A stretch of 64,000 bases of DNA from Cellvibrionales bacterium (GTDB lineage: Bacteria; Pseudomonadota; Gammaproteobacteria; Pseudomonadales; UBA7434). The stretch is taken from assembly GCA_041941365.1 (NCBI GenBank), contig JBGTQK010000001.1:54092-118091 (forward strand), written 5' to 3'. The notes beneath the pieces are model-generated. The model did not search any database, was not told where the DNA came from, and was given only the letters and a program-made list of their open reading frames with translations. Of this stretch, positions 28,452 through 37,465 are shown piece after piece. The stretch's first letter is position 1. Each line of letters starts with the position of its first letter. Both the position numbers and the translations under genes were made by a program.

Positions 28452-29228
28452 ATGTCATCAAAAAGTATATTCATAACAGGTGCTGCTAACGGTATAGGTA
28501 AAGCGATCAGTCTTAAATTTGCTGCCGCTGGCTGGTATGTTGGTTTAAGTGATATCGATGCAAATGGTTTGGAAGAATTAAAACAGCAAACCGGCTCAGA
28601 TAAATGCATAACCTTGCCATTAAATGTTACATCTGAAACAGAATGGCAGGAATGTCTGGCGCGTTTTTATGAGTTTTCTGGTGGGCTGGATGTGCTGGTA
28701 AACAATGCAGGCGTGTTAGAGTCGGGTGCTTTTGAAGATATACCGTTTTCAAAGCAGCAGTCAATTATTGATATTAACGTAAAAGGCGTACTTGCTGGCT
28801 GTCATTCAGCCTTTCCCTATTTAAAGAAAACGCAAGGATCACGTATTATTAATCTCTGCTCGGCATCGGCAATTTACGGGCAGCCATCTTTAGCAACCTA
28901 TTCGGCCAGTAAATTTGCAATAAAAGGTCTAACAGAAGCACTTAATCTTGAATGGGAAAAAAAGGGCATCTATGTAACTGACATGCTTCCATTGTTTGTA
29001 AAAACCAATATGGTCGATGATATGGATGCACAAGCAATAAAAAAGCTCGGTGTAAATTTAACAGCTGATGATATTGCCGAGTCTGTATACGAAGTGTCAA
29101 CTAATAAAATAAAAAACCATAAAGTTCATTGGCCGGTAGGTATGTCGACAAAAGCGTTTTATCTATTGGCTGATCTTAGTCCGGCATTTATGAATCGCTT
29201 TTTCAATAAAAGGATAACTCTGAAATAA
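28452..29228 (+). CDS. short-chain dehydrogenase/reductase (SDR)
   Basis: 258 aa. Cofactor motif ITGAANGIGKA, NNAG, catalytic YSASKFAIKG. Confidence 0.85.
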   Translation: MSSKSIFITGAANGIGKAISLKFAAAGWYVGLSDIDANGLEELKQQTGSDKCITLPLNVTSETEWQECLARFYEFSGGLDVLVNNAGVLESGAFEDIPFSKQQSIIDINVKGVLAGCHSAFPYLKKTQGSRIINLCSASAIYGQPSLATYSASKFAIKGLTEALNLEWEKKGIYVTDMLPLFVKTNMVDDMDAQAIKKLGVNLTADDIAESVYEVSTNKIKNHKVHWPVGMSTKAFYLLADLSPAFMNRFFNKRITLK

Positions 29229-29239
29229 TACAGAAACCC

Positions 29240-29434
29240 CTATGGTTTTGATTTTTTCAGTAATGTAATTTCTTTCATTACTGCATCCGCCTCTGCAGTT
29301 AATTCCGAGTAGAGTCTAATGTTACCGTTTCTTTGTGCTTCAAATGCTTTTTGAGAAAGCCTCGCATGTTGTTGCTCGAGCATTTTAAGTGGATTTGAAC
29401 GAAAGATATTAAGCACCTTTTTCTCCCATGTCAT
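29240..29434 (-). CDS. small helical hypothetical protein (64 aa)
   Basis: The ORF fills the gap exactly and has a charged helical composition. It resembles small Lacal_2735-type proteins, but I cannot verify this. Confidence 0.35.
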   Translation of the reverse strand: MTWEKKVLNIFRSNPLKMLEQQHARLSQKAFEAQRNGNIRLYSELTAEADAVMKEITLLKKSKP

Positions 29435-29671
29435 ATATTGTTAGAGATTATACGTAAGAGAGAGGAATTAGGATGATAGAGTAGTTCTAGCATTTCAGTA
29501 AAAAAGACTAATTCAGAATATACAAGTTACCCAGCCCTTTCTTCCTGATTCTCATCCAGTAAGTGACATGGATGTTCCGAATCCCTATTCCTCATTCAAA
29601 ATAACCTATTCAGAAGTCCAGATATTAACCTTTGTTAAACTTTTAGATTGCAGAGTGAGCAAGCATTAAAA

Positions 29672-29731
29672 ATGAATAATATTCATGTTATTGACAGTAA
29701 TCTGAATATGATTTATTGTGAATATTATTCA
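29672..29731 (+). promoter_or_regulatory. sigma70-like promoter with flanking TGAATA-N-TATTCA operator palindromes upstream of the FMO gene
   Basis: TTGACA (29691-29696), a 17-nt spacer, then TATTGT (29714-29719). Perfect 15-bp palindrome ATGAATAATATTCAT at 29672-29686. Perfect 13-bp palindrome TGAATATTATTCA at 29719-29731, overlapping the -10/+1. A third TGAATA half-site at 29703-29708. Confidence 0.5.
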
Positions 29732-29757
29732 TGTTTGTGTTGTTTGAGAGCAATTTT

Positions 29758-31092
29758 ATGACTGATTCATTACAAGATGTTGCAATTATAGGGGGTGGGC
29801 CGGCTGGTCTATCTGTCGCACGTGCTTTGAGTAAGCTTAATATTCCTTTTATGCTCTACGAGAAGCATTCAGATGTTGGTGGTTTATGGGATATGAAGAA
29901 TGAAGGGTCTCCCATATATGAATCGGCTCATTTTATTTCATCCAAAACAACCTCTGGAAACGTTGGTTTTCCAATGTCTGAGCACTACCCAGATTACCCG
30001 AGCTACAAACAAATATTAAGCTATATACGTTCTTATGCCAGCTTTCTCAACCTGGGCAATCATCTCAAACTAAATACAAAGGTTATAGATGTAGTACGAG
30101 AAAACAATAGATGGCAAGTGACATCGGAAACAGGGGGTGAACAAGTCACCAAAGAGTTTGGATACATCGTCTGTGCGAGTGGAACCAACTGGTTTCCAAA
30201 TATTCCCAGCATTAAGGGGCAGGAAAGTTTCTCGGGTGAGATTATTCATTCTGTTGATTACAAGTTTAGTGAGAGTTTAAAAGGCAAAAGCGTTGTGATT
30301 GTTGGGGCAGGAAACTCAGCAGTAGACATTGCCTGTGATGCAGCGATAGCTGCAAAACAATGTTATATCAGTATGCGCAGAGGATATCATTTTATTCCAA
30401 AACATCTTTTTGGTGAGCCTGTCGACGTCTTTAGCGAGCGTCATTCCTGGTTACCGGTTAGAGTACAACAGTCTGTATTAGGTTTGGTTTTAAAAATTTT
30501 GAACGGAGACTTAAGCAAGTTTGGTCTTAAAAACCCCGATCACAAGCTATTGGAAAGCCACCCGATACTGAATACACAAATTCTTCATTATCTGCAACAT
30601 GGCCGATTGATCGCGAAGCCAGATATCGACTACATCGATAAGTCAGAAGTTGTTTTTAAGAATGGAACAAGAGTAGAAGCCGATCTGATTATCCTGGCGA
30701 CCGGTTATAATTGGAGCCTGCCTTACATGAAGGATGAATACTTTGATTGGGTAAACAGTCGACCTAAGGCCTTCATGAAAGTTTTCAATCCAAAAGAGCC
30801 GACACTCTTTGTTAATGGTTTTATCGAAGTCAATTCCAGTGCATATAAACTCTTTGACGATATGGGGCTTTTAATTGCTCATGGTATAGATGCCCAAATT
30901 AAAGGGGGTAAAACTGAAGCAGCGTTTCAAGCTTTTATTCAAGGGGAAGAACCACCACTTTCCGGAAAGGTAAACTATGTTAAAAGTGATCGGCATACAA
31001 ACTATGTAAATAGAGATGCGTTTCGAAAAGCCATGGCTAACATGCAAAATAAGCTGGGTTGGCCAAATGCCGAAAAGCTGTACAATCAATAA
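29758..31092 (+). CDS. flavin-containing monooxygenase (FMO, class B)
   Basis: VAIIGGGPAGLSVA and VVIVGAGNSAVDIA Rossmann motifs. FMO fingerprint FxGxxxHxxxY present as FSGEIIHSVDY. I prefer ATG 29758 (MTDSLQDV) over track start 29731, which lies inside the operator palindrome. Confidence 0.8.
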   Translation: MTDSLQDVAIIGGGPAGLSVARALSKLNIPFMLYEKHSDVGGLWDMKNEGSPIYESAHFISSKTTSGNVGFPMSEHYPDYPSYKQILSYIRSYASFLNLGNHLKLNTKVIDVVRENNRWQVTSETGGEQVTKEFGYIVCASGTNWFPNIPSIKGQESFSGEIIHSVDYKFSESLKGKSVVIVGAGNSAVDIACDAAIAAKQCYISMRRGYHFIPKHLFGEPVDVFSERHSWLPVRVQQSVLGLVLKILNGDLSKFGLKNPDHKLLESHPILNTQILHYLQHGRLIAKPDIDYIDKSEVVFKNGTRVEADLIILATGYNWSLPYMKDEYFDWVNSRPKAFMKVFNPKEPTLFVNGFIEVNSSAYKLFDDMGLLIAHGIDAQIKGGKTEAAFQAFIQGEEPPLSGKVNYVKSDRHTNYVNRDAFRKAMANMQNKLGWPNAEKLYNQ

Positions 31093-31141
31093 TGGCAAAT
31101 CGAGAAGGTTAATAGGGTTTGAATACCACTAATAAATATTG

Positions 31142-31154
31142 ATATCCTGGATAT
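31142..31154. promoter_or_regulatory. 13-bp perfect palindrome upstream of the TetR gene (candidate auto-operator)
   Basis: ATATCC-T-GGATAT, 29 nt upstream of the TetR ATG at 31183. Confidence 0.3.
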
Positions 31155-31182
31155 TCCTTGTATATAAGAGAAAATTAGAGTT

Positions 31183-31824
31183 ATGCCGCAAAGCACCGAA
31201 ATAACAAAAGTTGAGACGAGAAAGCCCAAGCAGCGGCGTAGTCAGGAAAGGTTTTCGCAAATTTTAGAGGCGACGGCCCATTTGATTGAGTTAGGAGGAA
31301 GTCGCAGCCTGAAAATTCATGATATTGCTAAAGAAGCCGGTGTATCAGTAGGTTCAATTTATCAATATTTCGAGAATATAGAAAAGATTATAGAAAGCCT
31401 TGCTAATAAATATCTTGAAGAGTCTAAACAGATACTCAGTATTATTGAAGAGGAAGAGTTCAAGACATTAAGTGATCTGGACAGTGTCATCGATAAAGCA
31501 TGGGACGAATATTATCGCTATAACCAGCAAAACCTGGCGATGCAGGATATTTTTATAGGCGCGTTATCAACAAAATACTTGCAACAGCTCGATGATAATG
31601 ATTCCCAGCAAAATGCAGCCTATGTTTTTGAAAAAATAAAACACCTTTTTCCGAAGCAGAATTGGAAAGAGCTGCGAACAACATTATATCTAAGCGCTTA
31701 TTACGTTAGAGAAACAATGCGTCTTGCATTAAAACAAACACCCGATGATGCCAAGGTAACACTTAAGTTGGGTAAAAAAACAGTGACCTTACTGTTAGAA
31801 AATCTCGCCAAACCCGAAGATTAA
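31183..31824 (+). CDS. TetR/AcrR-family transcriptional regulator
   Basis: 213 aa. N-terminal HTH region RRSQERFSQILEATAHLIELGGSRSLKIHDIAKEAGVSVGSIYQYF. Confidence 0.85.
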   Translation: MPQSTEITKVETRKPKQRRSQERFSQILEATAHLIELGGSRSLKIHDIAKEAGVSVGSIYQYFENIEKIIESLANKYLEESKQILSIIEEEEFKTLSDLDSVIDKAWDEYYRYNQQNLAMQDIFIGALSTKYLQQLDDNDSQQNAAYVFEKIKHLFPKQNWKELRTTLYLSAYYVRETMRLALKQTPDDAKVTLKLGKKTVTLLLENLAKPED

Positions 31825-31982
31825 ATATAATACTAAAATATAACTATTGTATTAACACTAAATCAAAGTAGAAAAATAGAATTTTGTTCTATGGTTTTTT
31901 TAAAATGAATCTATTTTAGTAAATAAGCTTATGACTAACAATACGATCATATTTCATATGAATTACGATAAAGGCCAAAAAA

Positions 31983-32795
31983 ATGAATAAAATGCCAACT
32001 GTACTGATAACAGGCGCAGCCGGTGATATTGGAAGAGCCATTGCCCGAAGCTTTGCTGAGCGAGGTTATCGCTTGTTATTGGTTGACATTAACGCTCCAG
32101 CATTAACTGAGTTTGCCTGTGGCTTGCAAAATTCCATAGCAATTACAGCAAACCTTGCTGACCAGGCCCAACTAAAAAGATTAATAGAAAACGTTAGAAG
32201 TCAATACGGACACATAAATGTAGCATGTATTAATGCGGGTGTGATCATACCTGGCGACCTCACTGAGCTCAGTGAACAACATATTGACTTGCAACTTTCT
32301 GTTAATCTTCATAGTGCTATTCATTTAATTAAAGCCTGTGCAGAAAATATGATTGAAAATAACGGCGGACATATTATTTCAACTGTTTCAATGGGTGGTA
32401 TCGTAGCAATGAAGGGCAGTGCCAGTTATTCAGCCAGTAAATTCGGGCTGCGTGGGTTCATGACCAGCATTCGCGATGAATTAAAACCCAAAGGTGTTCA
32501 TGTATCAGGTGTTTTTCCTACAGGGGTTGATACACAACAACTAAGGTTCGAAGCCGAGAATAACGGCAGCCCGCTTAATTTTATCGGTTCATTACAAACG
32601 GCAGAACAGGTCGCAAAGACAGTGATGCGTGCACTCGAATCTAAAAAGCTGGAATACTATGTATCCTACCTCGATGGATTAACCGGACGATTTTTGTCGT
32701 TCTTTCCGTGGCTATTACCTCGCTTATACCCACTGTTAGAAAAAATAGGTGAACGTGGCCGGCAAGATTTTTTAAAAGAAAAGGGAATTAGTTAA
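31983..32795 (+). CDS. short-chain dehydrogenase/reductase (SDR)
   Basis: 270 aa. ITGAAGDIGRA, NAGV, YSASKFGLRG. Confidence 0.85.
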   Translation: MNKMPTVLITGAAGDIGRAIARSFAERGYRLLLVDINAPALTEFACGLQNSIAITANLADQAQLKRLIENVRSQYGHINVACINAGVIIPGDLTELSEQHIDLQLSVNLHSAIHLIKACAENMIENNGGHIISTVSMGGIVAMKGSASYSASKFGLRGFMTSIRDELKPKGVHVSGVFPTGVDTQQLRFEAENNGSPLNFIGSLQTAEQVAKTVMRALESKKLEYYVSYLDGLTGRFLSFFPWLLPRLYPLLEKIGERGRQDFLKEKGIS

Positions 32796-32802
32796 ATAAA
32801 AA

Positions 32803-33030
32803 ATGAACGATTGTAATTCTAAAAGATGCCCATCGTGTAATGAATTAAATCATTGTGCAGTGGTATCTGGTGGTGATATTAAAGATTGCTGGTGTAATAA
32901 GACAAAAGAAGTGCTTACTAAAGAACAAATAGATCATATAAGCAAGAAGGTTAATTTCACGACTTGTTTATGCAAAAAATGTATCAAAACTTATATGAGT
33001 AAAGATGAAGCGGAAGTTTTGAGTAACTAA
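32803..33030 (+). CDS. cysteine-rich CWC-family small protein
   Basis: 75 aa. CPSC...HC...DCWC pattern followed by CLCKKC. Matches the 'cysteine-rich CWC' small-protein pattern. It is not a rubredoxin. Confidence 0.6.
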   Translation: MNDCNSKRCPSCNELNHCAVVSGGDIKDCWCNKTKEVLTKEQIDHISKKVNFTTCLCKKCIKTYMSKDEAEVLSN

Positions 33031-33108
33031 AATAACAGGCAGAAAAAAATCAGGGATCACGCCAAAACACCCCCATAATAAACGGGTAGAAATTAATGTA
33101 TATATAAA

Positions 33109-33196
33109 TGGCGGTGAGGGAGGGATTTGAACCCTCGGTACGTTGCCGTACACACACTTTCCAGGCGTGCTCTTTCGACCACTCAGACACCTCACC
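33109..33196 (-). tRNA. tRNA-Ser (anticodon GGA)
   Basis: Hand-folded from the minus strand: GGTGAGG acceptor stem; anticodon stem CACGC/GTGTG with loop CTGGAAA; long variable arm GTACG-GCAA-CGTAC; T arm GAGGG-TTCAAAT-CCCTC; encoded CCA. 88 nt. Confidence 0.9.
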
Positions 33197-33372
33197 GTTA
33201 TTTGTTCAACTATTTGACCGTTGTATGCAACCGGCCATTATATGAGAGAAAATATTCGTTAGATTAACTTTCTTGCATTTAGCTTTTTCTCAGCAGGAGC
33301 GAAATTATACACATTGAGTCTTGATTAACTAGTAATTTGCATAGGAAATATTCATTCTTCGCTTAGACATAT

Positions 33373-34461
33373 TTATAAAAAGAAGCGGAAGTTAACCCCA
33401 AATCCAAAGTCGGGCGCGGTGTCGGTGTCGATATCTTCGGTTAGGTAAATCTCTGTAGCCAGTTTTTTTGAGGATTTGAAACTGACACCTAAAGAAAGCT
33501 GGGTGGAGTCTTTCCCTAATGTTTTGGTGTTACTGTTAAAAAGAGCGCTGTGGGTTTCGATTTGAACAAGGGCTTTTAAGTGTGGAGTAAATAGATAGTT
33601 GATACCTGCGCCTCCAAAATAGACTGTATCTTCACGCTGTTCATTTAAGAAGCCGTCACCAATAATTTGCATGATGCCAATACTGGCTTGCCATTCAAAT
33701 TTTGAAAATTGACCAAACGCTGATGCATCCATGGAGATGTCGGTAGTATTTGAACCTGCAAGATACTCTGTTTTGCCTGTTGGCAGGTCTACTTCTAGCC
33801 CAATCGCGTATTGTTTTTGTGTGCTAAACGCGGGAAGCCATTGCAGTCTTAATTTTGTGTCGCCAATCGATGTGCCCTGGTTTTTGTAATTGACTAAAGT
33901 TTTTCCATTTCGCTGATAGAAATAAAATAACTGATTGGTCGGTCGTAATGCACGGTTACCATTGGGCAGACCAAATATTTCGTGAAATTTTTCGATGGAG
34001 TTGTCGAGTATGCCGCCTCCCTGATGGATGACTGGGATAGTACCGGACAGAAGCCAATTGGCGTTTAGTGCATGAGTATATTGGAATTCAGTACGGAATA
34101 TTTCACCGTCGAGAATAAGGGTTTCACCTTTTTGTTGATCATTGAGAGAGCTTTGTGTGCTGGTGTTGTACAGGCTTGTGTTTATCGATAAGCTGTTTTC
34201 ACTCCTCCCTAAAAGTGTATGATTTTGTGGAATTCCAAAGATGTATGCGAATGGCAGTGTATTATCCGTTGGCAATTGCATTGCTAGCCTGGGTGAGTTG
34301 GCGTGGCTATTTACTGAAAAAGTGGTTGCCAGGCAAGCTGATAGAAAATAGAGCAATGCTCGGTTTATTTTACTAATAGAATTCTGTTTTTTGCTGATTG
34401 GGTGTTTTATTTTCATTGGAATCAGATATTTACCATTATTGCTTATCTTTTTCGTAGGCAT
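33373..34461 (-). CDS. putative outer-membrane beta-barrel protein
   Basis: 362 aa. Signal peptide ...TFSVNSHA|N, alternating beta-strand-like pattern, aromatic-rich C-terminus GFGVNFRFFL. Possibly DUF3187-like (unverified). The start may be the internal ATG 34416 (MKIKHP). Confidence 0.55.
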   Translation of the reverse strand: MPTKKISNNGKYLIPMKIKHPISKKQNSISKINRALLYFLSACLATTFSVNSHANSPRLAMQLPTDNTLPFAYIFGIPQNHTLLGRSENSLSINTSLYNTSTQSSLNDQQKGETLILDGEIFRTEFQYTHALNANWLLSGTIPVIHQGGGILDNSIEKFHEIFGLPNGNRALRPTNQLFYFYQRNGKTLVNYKNQGTSIGDTKLRLQWLPAFSTQKQYAIGLEVDLPTGKTEYLAGSNTTDISMDASAFGQFSKFEWQASIGIMQIIGDGFLNEQREDTVYFGGAGINYLFTPHLKALVQIETHSALFNSNTKTLGKDSTQLSLGVSFKSSKKLATEIYLTEDIDTDTAPDFGFGVNFRFFL

Positions 34462-34595
34462 TATGTGTGCGATAATTCTTCGTTTGGTCTTGTTGAAAGT
34501 GATATCAGTGATAGCGACATGCTAACATCTGCTTGCGTTTTAGTGCAGTCAATCAATTTGGACTCTTTGTATTCTTTTTTCATCCGAGAAATGTT

Positions 34596-35105
34596 ATGTC
34601 AGAAACTTTAACCCATCTTAATGCTGCGGGTGAAGCTCAAATGGTCGATGTGGGCGAAAAAAGTGCAGAAAAAAGAGAAGCGAAAGCGCAAGCCAGCTTA
34701 AAACTTTCCAAAAAAGCCATGCATTTATTAATCAGTGGCGAAAATAAAAAAGGGGATGCGTTTACCGTAGCTAAAATAGCCGGAATACAGGCAGCAAAAA
34801 AAACCGCTGACTTGATTCCTTTGTGTCATCCTTTGGCGTTATCTTCAATCGCTATCGATTTTACAGTGGATGAACAAGCCTGTGAGGTCATAATTCTATC
34901 GCATTGCAAATTAACTGGTAGAACCGGCGTTGAAATGGAGGCTTTAACAGCAGCTTCTGTTGCAGCGCTAACACTTTATGATATGTGTAAGGCAGTTGAT
35001 AAAGGCATCATTATCCAGAATATTCATTTGCTAGAAAAACTGGGTGGAAAAAGTGGCCATTGGCTTTCTGCAAATTGTGAAGCAAACAATGCAACACATA
35101 GTTAA
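34596..35105 (+). CDS. moaC: cyclic pyranopterin monophosphate synthase accessory protein
   Basis: Conserved core starts at [22 protein letters not shown] (ATG 34596, in frame with the track ORF). LIPLCHPL and [12 protein letters not shown] motifs. Confidence 0.88.
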   Translation: MSETLTHLNAAGEAQMVDVGEKSAEKREAKAQASLKLSKKAMHLLISGENKKGDAFTVAKIAGIQAAKKTADLIPLCHPLALSSIAIDFTVDEQACEVIILSHCKLTGRTGVEMEALTAASVAALTLYDMCKAVDKGIIIQNIHLLEKLGGKSGHWLSANCEANNATHS

Positions 35106-35124
35106 CCGTTCGAGTTACCAGTCA

Positions 35125-35373
35125 ATGATTACTTTATTATTTTTTGCCAGTTTAAGAGAACAATTAGGGTGTTCATCCCTGGAAATAAATATAGAGCCGA
35201 ATGAAACGATTAAAATGCTAATTCAACGGTTGCAAAATGAAAAGGGCGAGAGCTGGTCTGTGTTAGCGGCTGAAAATATTCAATATGCGTGCAATCAGGT
35301 AATGGTTACAAGTGTACATACACTCAATGTGAATGATGAAGTCGCTTTTTTCCCACCTGTAACCGGTGGTTAG
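35125..35373 (+). CDS. moaD: molybdopterin synthase sulfur-carrier subunit
   Basis: 82 aa from ATG 35125 (MITLLFFASLREQLG). C-terminal FFPPVTGG with the diagnostic Gly-Gly end. Confidence 0.8.
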   Translation: MITLLFFASLREQLGCSSLEINIEPNETIKMLIQRLQNEKGESWSVLAAENIQYACNQVMVTSVHTLNVNDEVAFFPPVTGG

Positions 35374-35393
35374 TCATAGATGGTCGAGAACCA

Positions 35394-35909
35394 ATGACTA
35401 TTTTAGCAGTGAATCAGGAATCAGGTGTTTTTGTGGGTATTGAGCCAATGCCTTTAGATATTGAGGCACAAATAAGGGCGATCAATAATTCGGGGGCTGA
35501 TATTGGTGCTATCGCCCAATTTATTGGATATGTTAGAGGCTATGAGCAGGTTTGTGATTCTTGCGAACCAAGCAGCGAAAAAGAATTGACCGGTTTACTG
35601 ATTGAGCATTATGAGGCAATGACATCGGCCTCGATAAAAAAGATTTGTTGGCAAGCGATAGACCGATGGCCAGTGAAACAATGTAGAGTTGTACATAGAG
35701 TAGGTTTGGTAAAAGCAGCCGAACCTATTGTTATTGTATTGGTGGCCTCACAACATCGAAAAGCTGCATTTTCTGCTTGTGAATATATTATGGATTTTTT
35801 AAAAACATCAGCACCTTTTTGGAAAAAAGCAGTATTTTCGGATGGCAGTGAAGAATGGATTCAGGCAAAAGAAAGTGATAAAAATCACTTGAATAAATGG
35901 TTAGATTAG
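35394..35909 (+). CDS. moaE: molybdopterin synthase catalytic subunit
   Basis: 171 aa. GAIAQFIGYVRG ... IEHYEAM ... APFWKKA motifs. Follows moaD. Confidence 0.85.
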   Translation: MTILAVNQESGVFVGIEPMPLDIEAQIRAINNSGADIGAIAQFIGYVRGYEQVCDSCEPSSEKELTGLLIEHYEAMTSASIKKICWQAIDRWPVKQCRVVHRVGLVKAAEPIVIVLVASQHRKAAFSACEYIMDFLKTSAPFWKKAVFSDGSEEWIQAKESDKNHLNKWLD

Positions 35910-36523
35910 CACTATTAATTAAAGCTTTATTTAGAAGGCGAGAGAGAAATAAATTGAAATATTGTAGTAACTGTGGTGCAAAAGTTATATTCAAAATACC
36001 TGAAGGCGATAATCGAGAAAGGTATTGTTGCGATAATTGTGGCATGATTCATTACGAGAATCCGCGCTGTGTTGTAGGAACAATACCAATCTATCTGGAT
36101 AATGGAGTTCCAAAAGTGATGCTATGCAAACGCGGCATAGAGCCAAGGTTAGGTTATTGGACTTTGCCAGCTGGTTTTTTGGAAAATGGAGAAACCTCTG
36201 CTGAAGGGGCACTACGAGAAACAGTTGAAGAAAGTTGTGCGCAAGTAGAAAACCTGAAACTGTTTCGTATATTAAATGTTGCAGCAACTAACCAGATACA
36301 TATCTTTTTTTCCGCCGATATGCCAAAGCCGGAATATGAGGTCACGCCAGAGAGCACAGAAATAAATTTATACAGTTTTGATGATATTCCATGGAGAAAG
36401 TTGGCATTCCCTACCGTACATAGAGCACTAAAAGATTTTGTGGATGAATACCCTCAAGGTGATTTAAGTTGTCAAATGGATGATATTGGACGAATAGATT
36501 GGAAAAATCTCGATTTATTCTAA
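35897..36523 (+). CDS. NUDIX hydrolase with N-terminal zinc ribbon
   Basis: CSNCG...CDNCG zinc ribbon. Nudix box GFLENGETSAEGALRETVEESC. The start is uncertain: ATG 35897 overlaps moaE, and in-frame TTG 35954 just before KYCSNCG is an alternative. Confidence 0.8.
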   Translation: MVRLALLIKALFRRRERNKLKYCSNCGAKVIFKIPEGDNRERYCCDNCGMIHYENPRCVVGTIPIYLDNGVPKVMLCKRGIEPRLGYWTLPAGFLENGETSAEGALRETVEESCAQVENLKLFRILNVAATNQIHIFFSADMPKPEYEVTPESTEINLYSFDDIPWRKLAFPTVHRALKDFVDEYPQGDLSCQMDDIGRIDWKNLDLF

Positions 36524-36539
36524 TTAAAGAAGTTTTACT

Positions 36540-37439
36540 ATGACATTATTGTTGGCGTTATACGCCGTCATCCTGATTGTTATTGTGATATTAGGTGCAC
36601 AGGTTAATCGCTGGATTGTACTTAACCATCGTCGCATGCAATTTATTATGAGCTTTGTTGCAGGCATTATGTTGGGTATAGCGGTTTTTCATCTTTTACC
36701 ACATGCTATTTATGCTTCATCTTTTTCTAACACTTCTAAAATGGGTGCAGTAAGTATTGACTGGATTGCTGGCAGTTTAATGCTTGGTTTACTGTCTATG
36801 TTTTTATTGCAGAGAATTTTTCATTTTCACCAGCATGATTTTGATGAAGCACAAACTCATCGTATACAGGCACAGATAAAGGGTGAAAAAGCAACAAGTG
36901 GTTTAGAGGCTCGTAGTTTTGGTGTGATTATTGGATTGGCAATCCATTCCATGATGGATGGTATTGCTTTGGCTTCAACTATTCAGGCTGAAAGTTTGTA
37001 TTCAGATAATGGTGCTTTTGCGTTGCTTGGCATGGGAGTTTTTATAGCCATTTGTTTGCACAAACCACTTGATGCTATGACCATTTCGATATTTATTTCC
37101 GGTTCAGAAAAAGCACAACGATGGCGTTATCCTTTATTAATAGGCTATGCAGTGATTTGCCCGATTGTCGCTGGGTTCATATTGGCTGGTTTTGCAACAG
37201 ATATGCTGTCATCCAGTCTGATCGCGGGTGCGTTGGGGTTTTCTGCTGGTATCTTTTTATGCATTGCATTGAGTGATTTGCTACCTGAAATACATTTTCA
37301 TGACCACGACAGATTTAAAATGACCGTGCTATTATTGCTTGGAATTTCGTTATCGCTTTTAATAAAGCAATTTGAGGCGCCGCATTTGCATCATGGTCAC
37401 ATGCACAATAGCCATGATACTTATAATAAACTTCATTAA
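36540..37439 (+). CDS. ZIP-family divalent metal (zinc) transporter
   Basis: 299 aa, multi-TM. HSMMDGIALAS and HKPLDAM motifs, a His-rich loop, and an HLHHGHMHNSH tail. Confidence 0.75.
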   Translation: MTLLLALYAVILIVIVILGAQVNRWIVLNHRRMQFIMSFVAGIMLGIAVFHLLPHAIYASSFSNTSKMGAVSIDWIAGSLMLGLLSMFLLQRIFHFHQHDFDEAQTHRIQAQIKGEKATSGLEARSFGVIIGLAIHSMMDGIALASTIQAESLYSDNGAFALLGMGVFIAICLHKPLDAMTISIFISGSEKAQRWRYPLLIGYAVICPIVAGFILAGFATDMLSSSLIAGALGFSAGIFLCIALSDLLPEIHFHDHDRFKMTVLLLLGISLSLLIKQFEAPHLHHGHMHNSHDTYNKLH

Positions 37440-37465
37440 CACTCAACAAAATTGTAGATACCGCC

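Noticed and set aside
28349-28609. 86-aa minus-strand ORF overlapping the SDR gene start
   Set aside because: It overlaps the conserved TGxxxGxG cofactor-binding region of the plus-strand SDR, so it is a shadow ORF.
32968-33195. 75-aa minus-strand ORF
   Set aside because: It coincides with the tRNA-Ser gene and its flank, so it is not a protein gene.
22793-33196. Calling the alkB-to-tRNA block a genomic island or mobile element
   Set aside because: I found no integrase, transposase, conjugation gene or flanking direct repeat of the tRNA 3' end by eye. Only the tRNA adjacency and accessory-type functions point that way, so it is reported as a finding and not as a mobile_element feature.
34462-34595. 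Possible Moco riboswitch upstream of moaC
   Set aside because: Only a short CCGAG match is present. The spacer is too short to hold a promoter plus the roughly 140-nt motif, and I could not trace the expected helices. A cmscan would settle it.
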